A stretch of 64,000 nt of DNA from Anolis carolinensis (taxonomy: Eukaryota): assembly GCF_035594765.1 (NCBI RefSeq), contig NC_085844.1:237538107-237602106 (forward strand), given 5' to 3'. Position numbers and translations under genes: made by a program. Below the pieces are notes generated by a model. The model was not told the origin of the DNA. It saw only the letters and a program-made list of their open reading frames with translations, and ran no database searches. Within the stretch, counting starts at the first letter, position 1. Each line of letters starts with the position of its first letter. Of the stretch, positions 25,201-33,620 are shown in pieces.

Positions 25201-25700
25201 ATGGGCTCGGTGTCTGTGGTATGGCAGACCTTGGCTACGAGGCAATGGTTTTGGCAGTACTTTGAAGCGAACTGCAGCTCCCTGTTGGACCAGGAGATGC
25301 TTGGGTCGTGAAGTGTCAGCCATGGAATCCCCAAAATCACAGGGAAATGGGGAACCTCAGTAACAAAGAAGGAAATCTCTTCCATATGTTCTCTTATCCA
25401 CATCCTGGTGGGTTCCGACCACTGGCTTACGGGGCCCGTCTTGAGGGGGCGGCCGTCAATGGCTTGCACCACACGGGCATTCTTGAAGTCATGATATTGT
25501 AATCCCAGAGAGTCGGCATACTCTCTATCAATGAAATTGTTGGTGGCTCCGGAGTCTATCATGGCGTGGATCATGACGGGTCCCTTTTTTGCTGACCATA
25601 AGGTGACCACTAGAAGGAACAGGACCCCGGTTGGCGGCTCTTGAATGGGTTTTTTGACCGGGTTGGCGAGCCTCTCTACGCCCGGTCGTTGGCTTCCCCC
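21936..25700 (-). CDS. pol: Pol polyprotein: aspartic protease, RT, RNase H, integrase, GPY/F motif, chromodomain and an LTR-encoded tail; -1 frame relative to gag
   Basis: Motifs DSGA (PR), YLDD (RT), DAS/E/TDH/DALS (RNase H), H..H..CPVC and D-D-E (IN), GPY, and chromodomain EFEVEDILDSR..YLIDWVGFGPEERSWE. The ORF track gives 21936-25610; the frame stays open upstream into the end of gag. Confidence 0.97.
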   Translation of the reverse strand, partial: GGSQRPGVERLANPVKKPIQEPPTGVLFLLVVTLWSAKKGPVMIHAMIDSGATNNFIDREYADSLGLQYHDFKNARVVQAIDGRPLKTGPVSQWSEPTRMWIREHMEEISFFVTEVPHFPVILGIPWLTLHDPSISWSNRELQFASKYCQNHCLVAKVCHTTDTEPIITLPKKYSEYWDVFNEKEAERLPPHRPYDCAIDLVEGAPIPRGHLYSLTEPEQEALREFIETNLRKGFIRPSQSPAASPVMFVKKKSGDLRLVVDYRALNNITKRNSYPLPLISDLLDRLRGAKVYTKLDLRGAYNLVRIREGDEWKTAFQTKFGLFESRVMNYGLCGAPATFQHFVNDIFQDYLDRFLIIYLDDFLVFSRSQSEHENHVKMVLQRLRDHGLYAKLEKCAFDLQEVDFLGYRISPLGLSMDPAKVSAVLEWRAPTNKKEVQRFLGFANYYRKFIPDFARWSDPITSCIRGKQPFRWTDQAEKGFQQLKKLFTSQPILQHPDPETLFVVQADASDVAIGAVLLQPVGDHLHPCAFYSRQLTAPERNYTIWEKELLAIKAAFETWRHWLEGAKFPIEVHTDHRNLEHLRTARKLNQRQQRWALFFERFNFQIHYVTPAQTKQADALSRKPEYAAGRKETFESQLLQPENFATLTVGNTKSTLIDSTSPTLGPLCAQEIRASQQADAWAQDQLRQGLQFPFSLKDGLLCYRNHVYIPPGQGREKALRLCHDCKPAGHFGLFKTMHLILRDFWWPKIRKDVEKYVNTCPVCQRSKTRREKPSGLLHPLPTPSRPWEIISADFITDLPPSCGFTTILVVVDLFTKLAHFIPCEGLPTAKETADLFLQHVFRLHGLPKSLVTDRGSQFTSRFWKALQKLLGIDSRLSSAHHPQTDGQTERTNATLEQYLRCYVNYQQDNWASLLPLSEFAYNNGVQASTKETPFFANYGFHPRFFPPVIETSEVPAAEDWLQELTAVQQLLLQQLDQAKEDYKRHADKHRQPGPEIKVGDRVFLSTRFLPSHRPCRKLDARFIGPYPVVAQLNPVTFKLQLPRSMRIHPVFHRSLLLPADGVRPDTDQPAPPPVLMNGEEEFEVEDILDSRFHRRRLQYLIDWVGFGPEERSWEDASTVHAPDLTRRFHQTYPAKPRPRALGRESQFGRGLEEGDSVMTHGPCSPAHDIVMPDEEENLGFLPSQSELESSQQDLSQADLGTLHLQESCVPEVCQTNPEPTSPVFSRHEFCKQQRGLEAASRRSARITAKNLAN
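22231..22245 (-). other. Polypurine tract (PPT)
   Basis: Minus strand TGAGGAGGGGGATAG immediately before the 3' LTR TG. Confidence 0.9.
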
Positions 25701-26668
25701 GCCGGCTGTGTGCCAGCCGCCTCAGACGCCTTCGTCTCCGTGGAGGACGCCGCCGCAAGACGGGCGGCGGGCTTCCCTTTGGCTGGGCACTCTCTGGCGA
25801 AGTGGCCCCCGTTCCCGCAGTACCAACAGAGGTTTAAGCGTTGACGACGGGCCTTCTCGGCGGCATCTAGTCTGGGACGCACGTTGCCCAACTGCATCGG
25901 TACCTCCTCGCTTCCCCTGGGGTATGGGGTTGGTGGTGGGGGTCTCCACACTGGACGTGGCTGAACGCTGGCGGGAGCGGGGGGTTTTGCCCCAGCTCTA
26001 CCGCTCTGGCCTCGAACCCACTGTTTCCTGTTGGCAATCATGACTTCAGCCCGTAAACATTGATCAATGAGTGCTTCGAGGGTCTGGGGAGGATCCACCT
26101 TGGAGATTTCCTCCAGCATTTCGATGTTGAGACCCTCCCGGAATTGTCCTCTAAGGGCTACATCATTCCAGCCGGTGTTGTGGGCCAGCACTCGGAACTC
26201 GGCTATGTACTGAGACATGGGTCTGTCTCCTTGGAAGAGGCGGCGGAGTTTGTGACCGGCTGCCTCCAAATTGTCCTCGATTCCCCAAGTCTCCTTAAGG
26301 TGGTCCAAGAAGCGTTGCGCTGATCTTAGGTGTGGAGAGGCTTGGTCGAACAGTGCCGTCGCCCAGTTGGCCGCTGGCCCGTCTAGAAGACTGTAGACCC
26401 ACGCCACTTTGATGTCTTCTTGGGGAAATTCGGCAGCACGGGCCTCTAGATAAGCTTGACATTGGCGACGGAAAACATGAACCTTAGAAGCTTCTCCAGT
26501 AAACTTGGTTGGCAACGCCATGGCCGGAAGACGGATTCCGCGTTCCTTCAAACCCTTTATTTCCCCATCCTGTGCATTGAGCTTATCACGGATTCGGTCC
26601 ACCTCATCCTTGTCGATGGTGTAGGTAATCGGCTGGCCGCCCGGTCCAGATCCGGCTCCGGTAGACAT
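25676..26668 (-). CDS. gag: Gag (capsid plus CCHC nucleocapsid), sushi/PEG10-like
   Basis: 330 aa; LPTKFTG, retrotransposon-gag core LFQG..YIAEFRVLA..WND.AL..QFREGL, EVPMQLG, zinc knuckle CWYCGNGGHFAREC. Confidence 0.97.
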   Translation of the reverse strand: MSTGAGSGPGGQPITYTIDKDEVDRIRDKLNAQDGEIKGLKERGIRLPAMALPTKFTGEASKVHVFRRQCQAYLEARAAEFPQEDIKVAWVYSLLDGPAANWATALFDQASPHLRSAQRFLDHLKETWGIEDNLEAAGHKLRRLFQGDRPMSQYIAEFRVLAHNTGWNDVALRGQFREGLNIEMLEEISKVDPPQTLEALIDQCLRAEVMIANRKQWVRGQSGRAGAKPPAPASVQPRPVWRPPPPTPYPRGSEEVPMQLGNVRPRLDAAEKARRQRLNLCWYCGNGGHFARECPAKGKPAARLAAASSTETKASEAAGTQPAGEANDRA

Positions 26669-26698
26669 ACTGGCCGAGGTTAATTGGTGCTTAGGGTG

Positions 26699-26708
26699 GC
26701 GGAGTCAA
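26699..26708 (-). other. Primer-binding site, self-priming type (not tRNA-complementary)
   Basis: TTGACTCCGC lies 2 nt after the 5' LTR, lacks TGG, and is the exact complement of LTR 27255-27246. Confidence 0.8.
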
Positions 26709-26710
26709 AC

Positions 26711-27684
26711 TGTCAGGACCCAGGCTGCAAGGCACCAATAACCATACACAGAGGCCAGAATCTATCTAATATCTTTATTGAAGGAATATATAAAGTTAAT
26801 AAAAACAAGTGTAGAAAATAGTCCAGAATTAGACCTTTCAGGAAAGGTCAAAATTAGTCCAAAAAAGCAATGTCCAATATGAAATATTAAGGTCCAAAGT
26901 TGTAATCCAATAACCGAAACACTCACTTTGCCAGGCAAAGTGAGGGGAGATGGCAAGGTCCTTTAGTCCATGAACTTGAGCAAGGCTAGGAAATAACTTG
27001 ATACTTGAAACAAGGCTTGAATCGTGGAACAAGGTAGCAAGGAACAAGAACAAGGTCCGTGGAATAACTTGGTAAAATCCGTGAAACAAGGCAAGGTTTA
27101 GTCCTGGGAAACAAGGCAAGGTCCGTAGGTAAACAAAGGCTGGGAAACAGGAGCGAAGGCTGGAAACAAGGACAAGGCTTGAGCAGGAACGAGGCTTGAA
27201 ACGGAGCGCGCTGTCCAGACACAACTCGCTCCGGAGGCTGACGAATTGACTCCGCAAAGTTACTTCGCGGGTAAAACACCTATATAGAGTCTAACTTTCC
27301 CGCCGAAGCAGTTCTCTGGGAACCAGAAACGAAAGCTAAACTCTGAGGCCAGATGTTTGACTCCTTAAAGATTCTCATGAAAAGCAGGCTTAATTGGCTA
27401 AATTCTTAGCTGTTATTCTAGCACTCCTGCACGAGGCTGCTTCCAAACCTCTCTGTTGTTTACAAAATTCATGGCGAGAGAACACAGGAGATGTAGGCTC
27501 AGGGTTTGTTTGACATACTTCTGGGACACAACTTTCTTGCAGGTGCAAGGTTCCCAGATCTGCCTGGGAAAGATCTTGCTGAGAAGATTCCAGTTCTGAC
27601 TGGGAAGGTAAAAAACCCAAGTTTTCTTCTTCATCAGGCATCACAATGTCATGAGCAGGACTACAAGGCCCATGAGTCATCACA
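26711..27684 (-). repeat. 5' LTR (974 bp)
   Basis: By eye it differs from the 3' LTR only at 27378 (t vs c) and 27431 (a vs g). Confidence 0.98.
27255..27286 (-). promoter_or_regulatory. LTR TATA box and predicted TSS
   Basis: TATATA at 27286-27281, with GCGGAGTCAA beginning 31 nt after the first T (27255). Confidence 0.7.
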
Positions 27685-27899
27685 TATCCAAAGGGCTGAC
27701 AGTTTTCCAAACTGGGTTCAACACACTTTGAATAGCTCATTTAAAGTTTGATTAAACCCTAAAGAGGATTTACTGCCCTGCTGAGATGGGAGCCAACAGC
27801 TGCAATTGCTTCTCATATTCAAAACAGTCCTGCAGTGATATCTCAGAGTGTGTATAGCTGTGGTCAGACTTTATGTTGAGTAGGGATTCCAGGGATGGA

Positions 27900-28222
27900 C
27901 AGTAGTGTCTCGCTTATCCAACGTAAACGGGCCGGCAGAATGTTGGATAAGCGAATATGTTGGATAATAAGGAGAGATTAAGGAAAAGCCTATTAAACAT
28001 CAAATTAGGTTATGATTTTACAAATTAAGCACCAAAACATCATGTTATACAACAAATTTGACAGAAAAAGTAGTTCAATACACAGTAATGCTATGTAGTA
28101 ATTACTGTATTTACGAATTTAGCACCAAAATATCCCAATGTATTGAAAACATTGACAACAAAAATGTGTTGGATAATCCATAATGTTGGATAAGCGAGTG
28201 TTGGATAAGTGAGACTCTACTG
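27900..28222. mobile_element. Tc1/mariner-type MITE
   Basis: TIRs cagtagtgtctcgcttatccaac / gttggataagtgagactctactg; TA on the right flank. Confidence 0.88.
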
Positions 28223-28357
28223 TACCTTTTTGGGGGGGGGGGGGTGAATCTTTCATCAGTCCTCAAGTTTCTAGCATTGCAAGCAGTGAGACATTAAAAT
28301 ATTCATACTTAGAACTCAGCTATTTTTGTGTTTCCATTACCTTAGTCGCTTTGCTCA

Positions 28358-28521
28358 TCCTATTGATCCACTCACATTTGCATGTATTCAAACTGCTAGG
28401 TTGGTAGAAGCTGGGGCTAACAGTGGGAGCTCACCCCGCTCCTCAGATTCGAACTACCAACCTTTCAATCAGCAAGTTCAGCAGCTCAGCAGTTTAATCC
28501 GCTGCACCATCGGGGACTCCC
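28358..28521 (-). mobile_element. Partial Sauria SINE (head half)
   Basis: cctattgatccactcacatttgcatg..aactgctaggttgg..cagcagctcagc matches the other copies. Confidence 0.8.
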
Positions 28522-30599
28522 ATAAATATGGTAGACATTAGGAAAAAACAGAGTCTCCCCACATTAGTTAGCTTGAGTTTGTGATGTTCTTCTCAGTCCT
28601 GGTTGGTGACCTCTTTGTCACATTTAGACTCTGGGAAGCTAACACAGTAAAGCTCATCTTGCTGGTTGTTGGAGAAGACTGTCAGAACTTTGTGAGTTTT
28701 TCCAGATTTGCTAACCATTCCCCAAAGGAATTAGTTCGAATATAACATATCAGTAAGAGTTTGAAAAGAGAGGTATAAAAATAGAATCCATGCAACGGGT
28801 ATAGAAATAACAAATGATAGCACAGGAACGAAAGAAAACTGGTTTAAACAGGTCAGATTGTTATGTCATTAGTATTGATGGTTTTGATTGATGCTGGCTT
28901 TCTAGTGTCTCAAGCAAGTGTTCTTCCCATGTTATGCTGTGTGTGGTCCCTTCTTTCAAACCAAAGGAGACAGAGATTGAACCCTGGGACCTTCTACGCA
29001 CCAGGCAGGTGCTCTGTCATAGAGATAGGATGAATTTCTCACTTTTTAAAATGACACTGCAGTTTCCATGGTAATATGTACAGCTGATGTAATATCAGGG
29101 CTATCCTCTCAATTACTTAAGAAAATGTTGGTGTCCTGGTTTAAATGGCTGAAGTGCAAGTTAAATTCTCTTTTAGGTGAGTTTCTTTTGGCTTAGGCTA
29201 TTGGTTACTTCTTTAAGCTTCTTAAGCTGGGAAGCAGTTTAAGAGCTAGCAATGTTTAATGGGTGGACGTGGGAGGAATTTCTGCAAGATTACACACCAC
29301 ACAGACACAAACAAATGTAAAAAAAAATCCCTGTGGTTTTAGCTTAATAAAAAAGCTATTGATAAGACTGCAAAGAAATGCCCTGGAATTCTTTTACAAC
29401 AGAGTACGATCCCATATCTGTGAAACCAACACCCATTTATCCATATGTGCCAAAAAAATCTCAAAATTCATATTGCTTCATCTTTCAAGTTAAAAATACT
29501 GAATTTGAGAGAGACTGAAATTAACAGATTTCTCCATATAGGCCGATATCTTCCCTCTGAAAAGACCGGATGTAAATTCTTATGTTATTGGCAATTGTCA
29601 ATCAGTCTTACAACCTCTTTTTCTCAGACTCATTGTCATCAAAACCCATTTGGTAGGCAGATACAACACTGTCAAATCACATCCATGTTTTGAAAATGGC
29701 TGAAGTTGACACTGAATTTTGTATTGGCTCACTTTTGAAGGATTTAACAACATTAGAAATGTTATTTATTTGGAGGATAAGAAGAACATGAGATTTTCTA
29801 ACATGAAATGTGGTGCAAAGTAAAGCTTGACATATTTTTTTCCATCCTTAGCTGCAATGTTTCTGATTTTTTGAAATGACAACAGTGTTGCTTAATGATA
29901 GAACTATTTTACCTATTTAAGAATAGCAACAATATATTGTGCTATCCAACAAAATAAACACTTCTTTCAGTAGAGAAAGGGTGGTTCTTGGTGTATACTC
30001 TCAAGTCTACCAAATAGGTCAACAACATCACCCTCACATTGTGTTCTGCTGCGGTGGCTTTGAAGCTAAAATATTGCTCCTTTTTAATGGAAATATCCTG
30101 CCAGTCAGGGTAGAGAGTACTGGGCTAGACAGAGCAATGGTCTGAATAAAAATAAAACATGCTTATTTGTTCCAGATGTTTTACAGTTTTTCCCCAGATT
30201 TATATTTCCTTATGCTTCTGCCTCAAACAACTGTCTGCATTGTTATTAATGAATCCACATTTAATTGTCATTTTGGATTAATGAATATTGCCAGGCCCAA
30301 TGAAGATGCATAGAAAATGCCTTTGATCAGTACTGTCCCCAAACTGGGGATTTGTGCAAAAGAAAATTGAGATTGATAAAGTCTTTAAATAAAACAGCTA
30401 AGTATTAATTTTTGAATCTCTCTTTGAATTTCCATTTTTGTTTTTATTCTCTGCTTGTATCTCAAGTTCTGCTTAATCAATCACTTTCATTTTTGGAGTA
30501 CTTCATCATTAGTAAATGATGGGTCGGCACCATATTTGTTGGGCTTTTGGGATGGGACTTGCGGGCATTACATTTTTAGGCAATGTTCTGGCGCTTGTA

Positions 30600-31675
30600 G
30601 TGGGCACCCAGCTCCAGGAATTACTGGACAAGATGGATTACCCAGATCCATTTAAATCTGGTATTGGATCTGTTAATCAGAAAGATAGTTTTGGTTGCCT
30701 TGGTAGATAATCTATTCCAAGAGCTGGATAGAGGGACCGTGTCCTTGTAGGTTTTGCTAGATCTCTTGGCAGCTTTTGATACCATTGACCCTTGTATTCC
30801 TCTGGGCCAACTTGCTGGGCTGGGACTTGGGAACACTCTCTGGAGGGGTGAACCTAGAATGTGTTTCTGAAGGACTTTATCTCATCCCTATGGCTGTTGA
30901 CCTATGAGGTCCCTCAGGGCTTGGCTCTGACTCAGGCTCCCATTTAGCATATATATGAATATTCTGGGAGAGATTGTCTGGCATTTTGTTGTTTAGTGCC
31001 ATCAGTATGGCAATGAAACCCAACTTTTTCCATTTCTCATTTCCATCACAAGCCAAGGGGCTGTTTTGATCTTAGACTGGAGTGGATGAGGACAAACAAA
31101 TTGAAACGCAATTCAAACAACATTGAGGTGCCCCTGGTCAGTTGAAAGGGAGATCAGAGAATAAGGATTCCATTTGTAATGATAGGACTCCCCCCCCCCC
31201 CCAATGGATGGAGGTCCATAGTTTGGGTGTGTTGCTGGATTAAATTCTAAGACTTGGAGCTTAGTTTGTAGTGGTGTCTAGGACTACATATACACAGTTA
31301 AAGCTTACAAGCCAGCTCTGCCCATTCCTGAGACATCAGATCTGGCCATGTTACATCCCGACTGGATAACTATAATTTGTTCTATATGGGGCTCTCGTTG
31401 AAGTGCATTCAGATACTTCCAATGAGCTACAGCCAGATTGCTAACTGGGGCTGACTACAGATATTACATAACTCATTTATTGCAGCAGCCTGTCGTTTTC
31501 TGGGCACAACTTAAAGTGCTGCTTTAGACCTGTAAAGTTCTATATAGATCAGGTCTGAATTATTTGAAGGACCATATCCTTCCCTAGCAAGTAGCCTATG
31601 CTTTGAGATGTGCTAGCAAGAACCTTCTGTCTATCTCACCATCCTCATAGGTACATCTGGTGGGAATATTAGAAA
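30600..31675 (+). pseudogene. Degenerate L2 LINE reverse transcriptase region
   Basis: Decayed motifs LDPFKSG, VLLDLLAAFDTID, VPQG, HQY(G/A)..TQL, RLDY.N..Y.GL; many stops and frameshifts. Confidence 0.8.
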
Positions 31676-31709
31676 GGAATCTCCAGTTTCTCACTTGTCT
31701 GTAAACAAA

Positions 31710-31877
31710 TCTATATATATAAAAGGGTAATGGAATCACGGCACTGGACAAAACTAAATGCCCCACAACCTCAAAAATTGACAGCACAACCTCTCATCTA
31801 CGCCTCTACGTTCATACAACAACAAAAAAAGAAATTTAAAGTCATAGCCACAGCAATGCGTGGCCGGGCACAGCTAG
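31710..31877 (+). mobile_element. Minimal non-autonomous Helitron (168 bp)
   Basis: A|TCTATATATATAAAA ... hairpin GCCACagcaatgcGTGGC ... CTAG|T; inserted between A and T with no TSD. Confidence 0.85.
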
Positions 31878-32954
31878 TGACTGTATAAGGCCCATCTCAA
31901 GTAAACAATTCTCTGGATCTTGTTAATTGTTATATTGTTGTATATGTGTATACACGGATGCTTAATATATGTTTTAATTGGATTGTAATTTTTTTTTTGC
32001 TCAATCTCATTTTAATTTTTGTATCTTGTGAATGTTTATGCGTTGCAAAACTTTGCTGCAAGATGCTTTTGGCCCTGCATTGGCCAAAAGCCAGAACAAA
32101 AAGAACAACACAGCAGAAACATTGCCAGACACATGTCTTCCAGATCCCTAAAGCGTTAAAACAGTTTTTTTCTGAAAAATTTAGCCACTCCAGTCTTAAA
32201 AAGGATGCTAGCATTGCCCTTGAGGCCATGGGTCCTTGCACATGCCCCACCATATCACACACTGGCGCCAAGCTTGACTGAGCTCCAAAATGAAGGAGAA
32301 ATTAGGCACATGTGTCCCCAAATTCTAAAGATATCATTTATTATATCTAATTGATTGCAGTCCTGCTGTGTTTTCATATTACAGTTTGAAGAATAAAAAG
32401 ACGAGAAAGGCAATGACAGGGGGTTGGGAGGAATTCTCCCTTGTACTTCAATATTACTTACATCTCTGGAAAGAGTCTCAGCTTCCCCTTGACAATAGAA
32501 CCATACATGATCAAGAGAGACAAAAATAGACATAATTTCTCCCTTCTTTTCATGTACTGAAATCGCCTTGGAGTTCTATTAATAGCAGACTGTCTCTTAT
32601 CTTTTCTTCCAATGCTATTTGCTGCTGTCTAAAGATATAGCTGAAGAGAATCAGAAAGACTACCTGAGCATGGATTGAAAAATGTGACTTCTGTAGTGAA
32701 ATCTGTGTAGGGGTACAAAAAAGATAGATGCCATGGATGGGAAATTAAATCCCCATATTTGACTCTAAGGATGATAAATAGCATTGGTATATAACTTGGC
32801 ATTAATTGTATTTTTTTTTTTACCCATCCGTTGTGTTTCCTTTTCAAAACTGCAGTGTAGTTTTTCAGTTCCTCTGCAAACTAGAATTAGTAACCAAGGG
32901 TTGGCTAGCTCTTATAAACTTGTTTCATCCAGAGGCTCGTTCACATTGTAAGTA

Positions 32955-33263
32955 CAGTAGAGTCTCACTTATCCAACATTCTGGATTATCCAACACAGTT
33001 TGCCTTTTAGTAGTCAATGTTTTTGTAGTCAATGTTCTCAATACATTGTGATGTTTTGGTGCTAAATTCGTAAATGCAGTAATTACTACATAATGTTACC
33101 GTGTACTGAACTGCTTTTCTCTGTCAATTTGTTGGAAAACATGATATTTTGTTGCTTAATTTGTAAAATCATAACATAATTTGATGTTTAATAGGCTTTT
33201 CCTTAATCCCTCCTTATTATCCAACATTTTCACTTATCCAACGTTCTACCAGCCCGTTTATGT
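32955..33263. mobile_element. Tc1/mariner-type MITE (inverted relative to the 27900 copy; one end truncated)
   Basis: ta|cagtagagtctcacttatccaac, then the reverse complement of the 27900-28222 body. Confidence 0.85.
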
Positions 33264-33429
33264 ATAAGCATATCTCTCTAATAAGTTGGATAATGTTCCA
33301 AACCACTGCCATAAAACAAATATTCTCTTAAAGTGAATCATGGTCTATTTTCACTTGCCAGTGCATATAAATAAAGTCTAAAAATAGATTTACATAATCA
33401 TTAATTGTGCAATAGCATTAGGTTTCGGG

Positions 33430-33620
33430 TGCCAGTTTAGTGTAGTGGTTGAGCACTAGACTTCAATTCTGGAGACCTGGGCTCAGATCCCACTGGGAGA
33501 CCTTGCACAAATCATACTTCCTCAGCCAGAGAAGAAGGTAAAGGCAAACACTCTCTGAAAAGATCTTACAAAGAAAACCCTGGTACCATGAGTCAAAACT
33601 ACTCGGAAAACAACAGCAAA
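33430..33620 (+). mobile_element. Old tRNA-derived SINE
   Basis: gccagtttagtgtagtggttgagcactagac head; similar to 4555-5275. Confidence 0.55.

Larger units (their letters stand above)
21257..27684 (-). mobile_element. Full-length intact Ty3/Gypsy chromovirus LTR retrotransposon (Tf1/sushi group)
   Basis: Two 974-bp TG..CA LTRs; 5-bp TSD TATCC (21252-21256 and 27685-27689); intact gag and PR-RT-RH-IN-chromodomain pol; PPT present. Confidence 0.98.

Noticed and set aside
22052-26683. Antisense and alternate-frame ORFs inside the Gypsy element, and ORFs within the LTR R region
   Set aside because: These are shadows of GC-rich coding sequence or low-complexity repeats with no recognisable domains; no env-like ORF is present.
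26690-26710. Conventional tRNA primer-binding site
   Set aside because: It lacks the TGG complementary to the tRNA CCA end; self-complementarity to the LTR explains it better.
27390-27740. 116-aa ORF crossing the 5' LTR boundary
   Set aside because: It is the LTR copy of the pol tail frame joined by chance to flanking DNA, and lies upstream of the predicted TSS.
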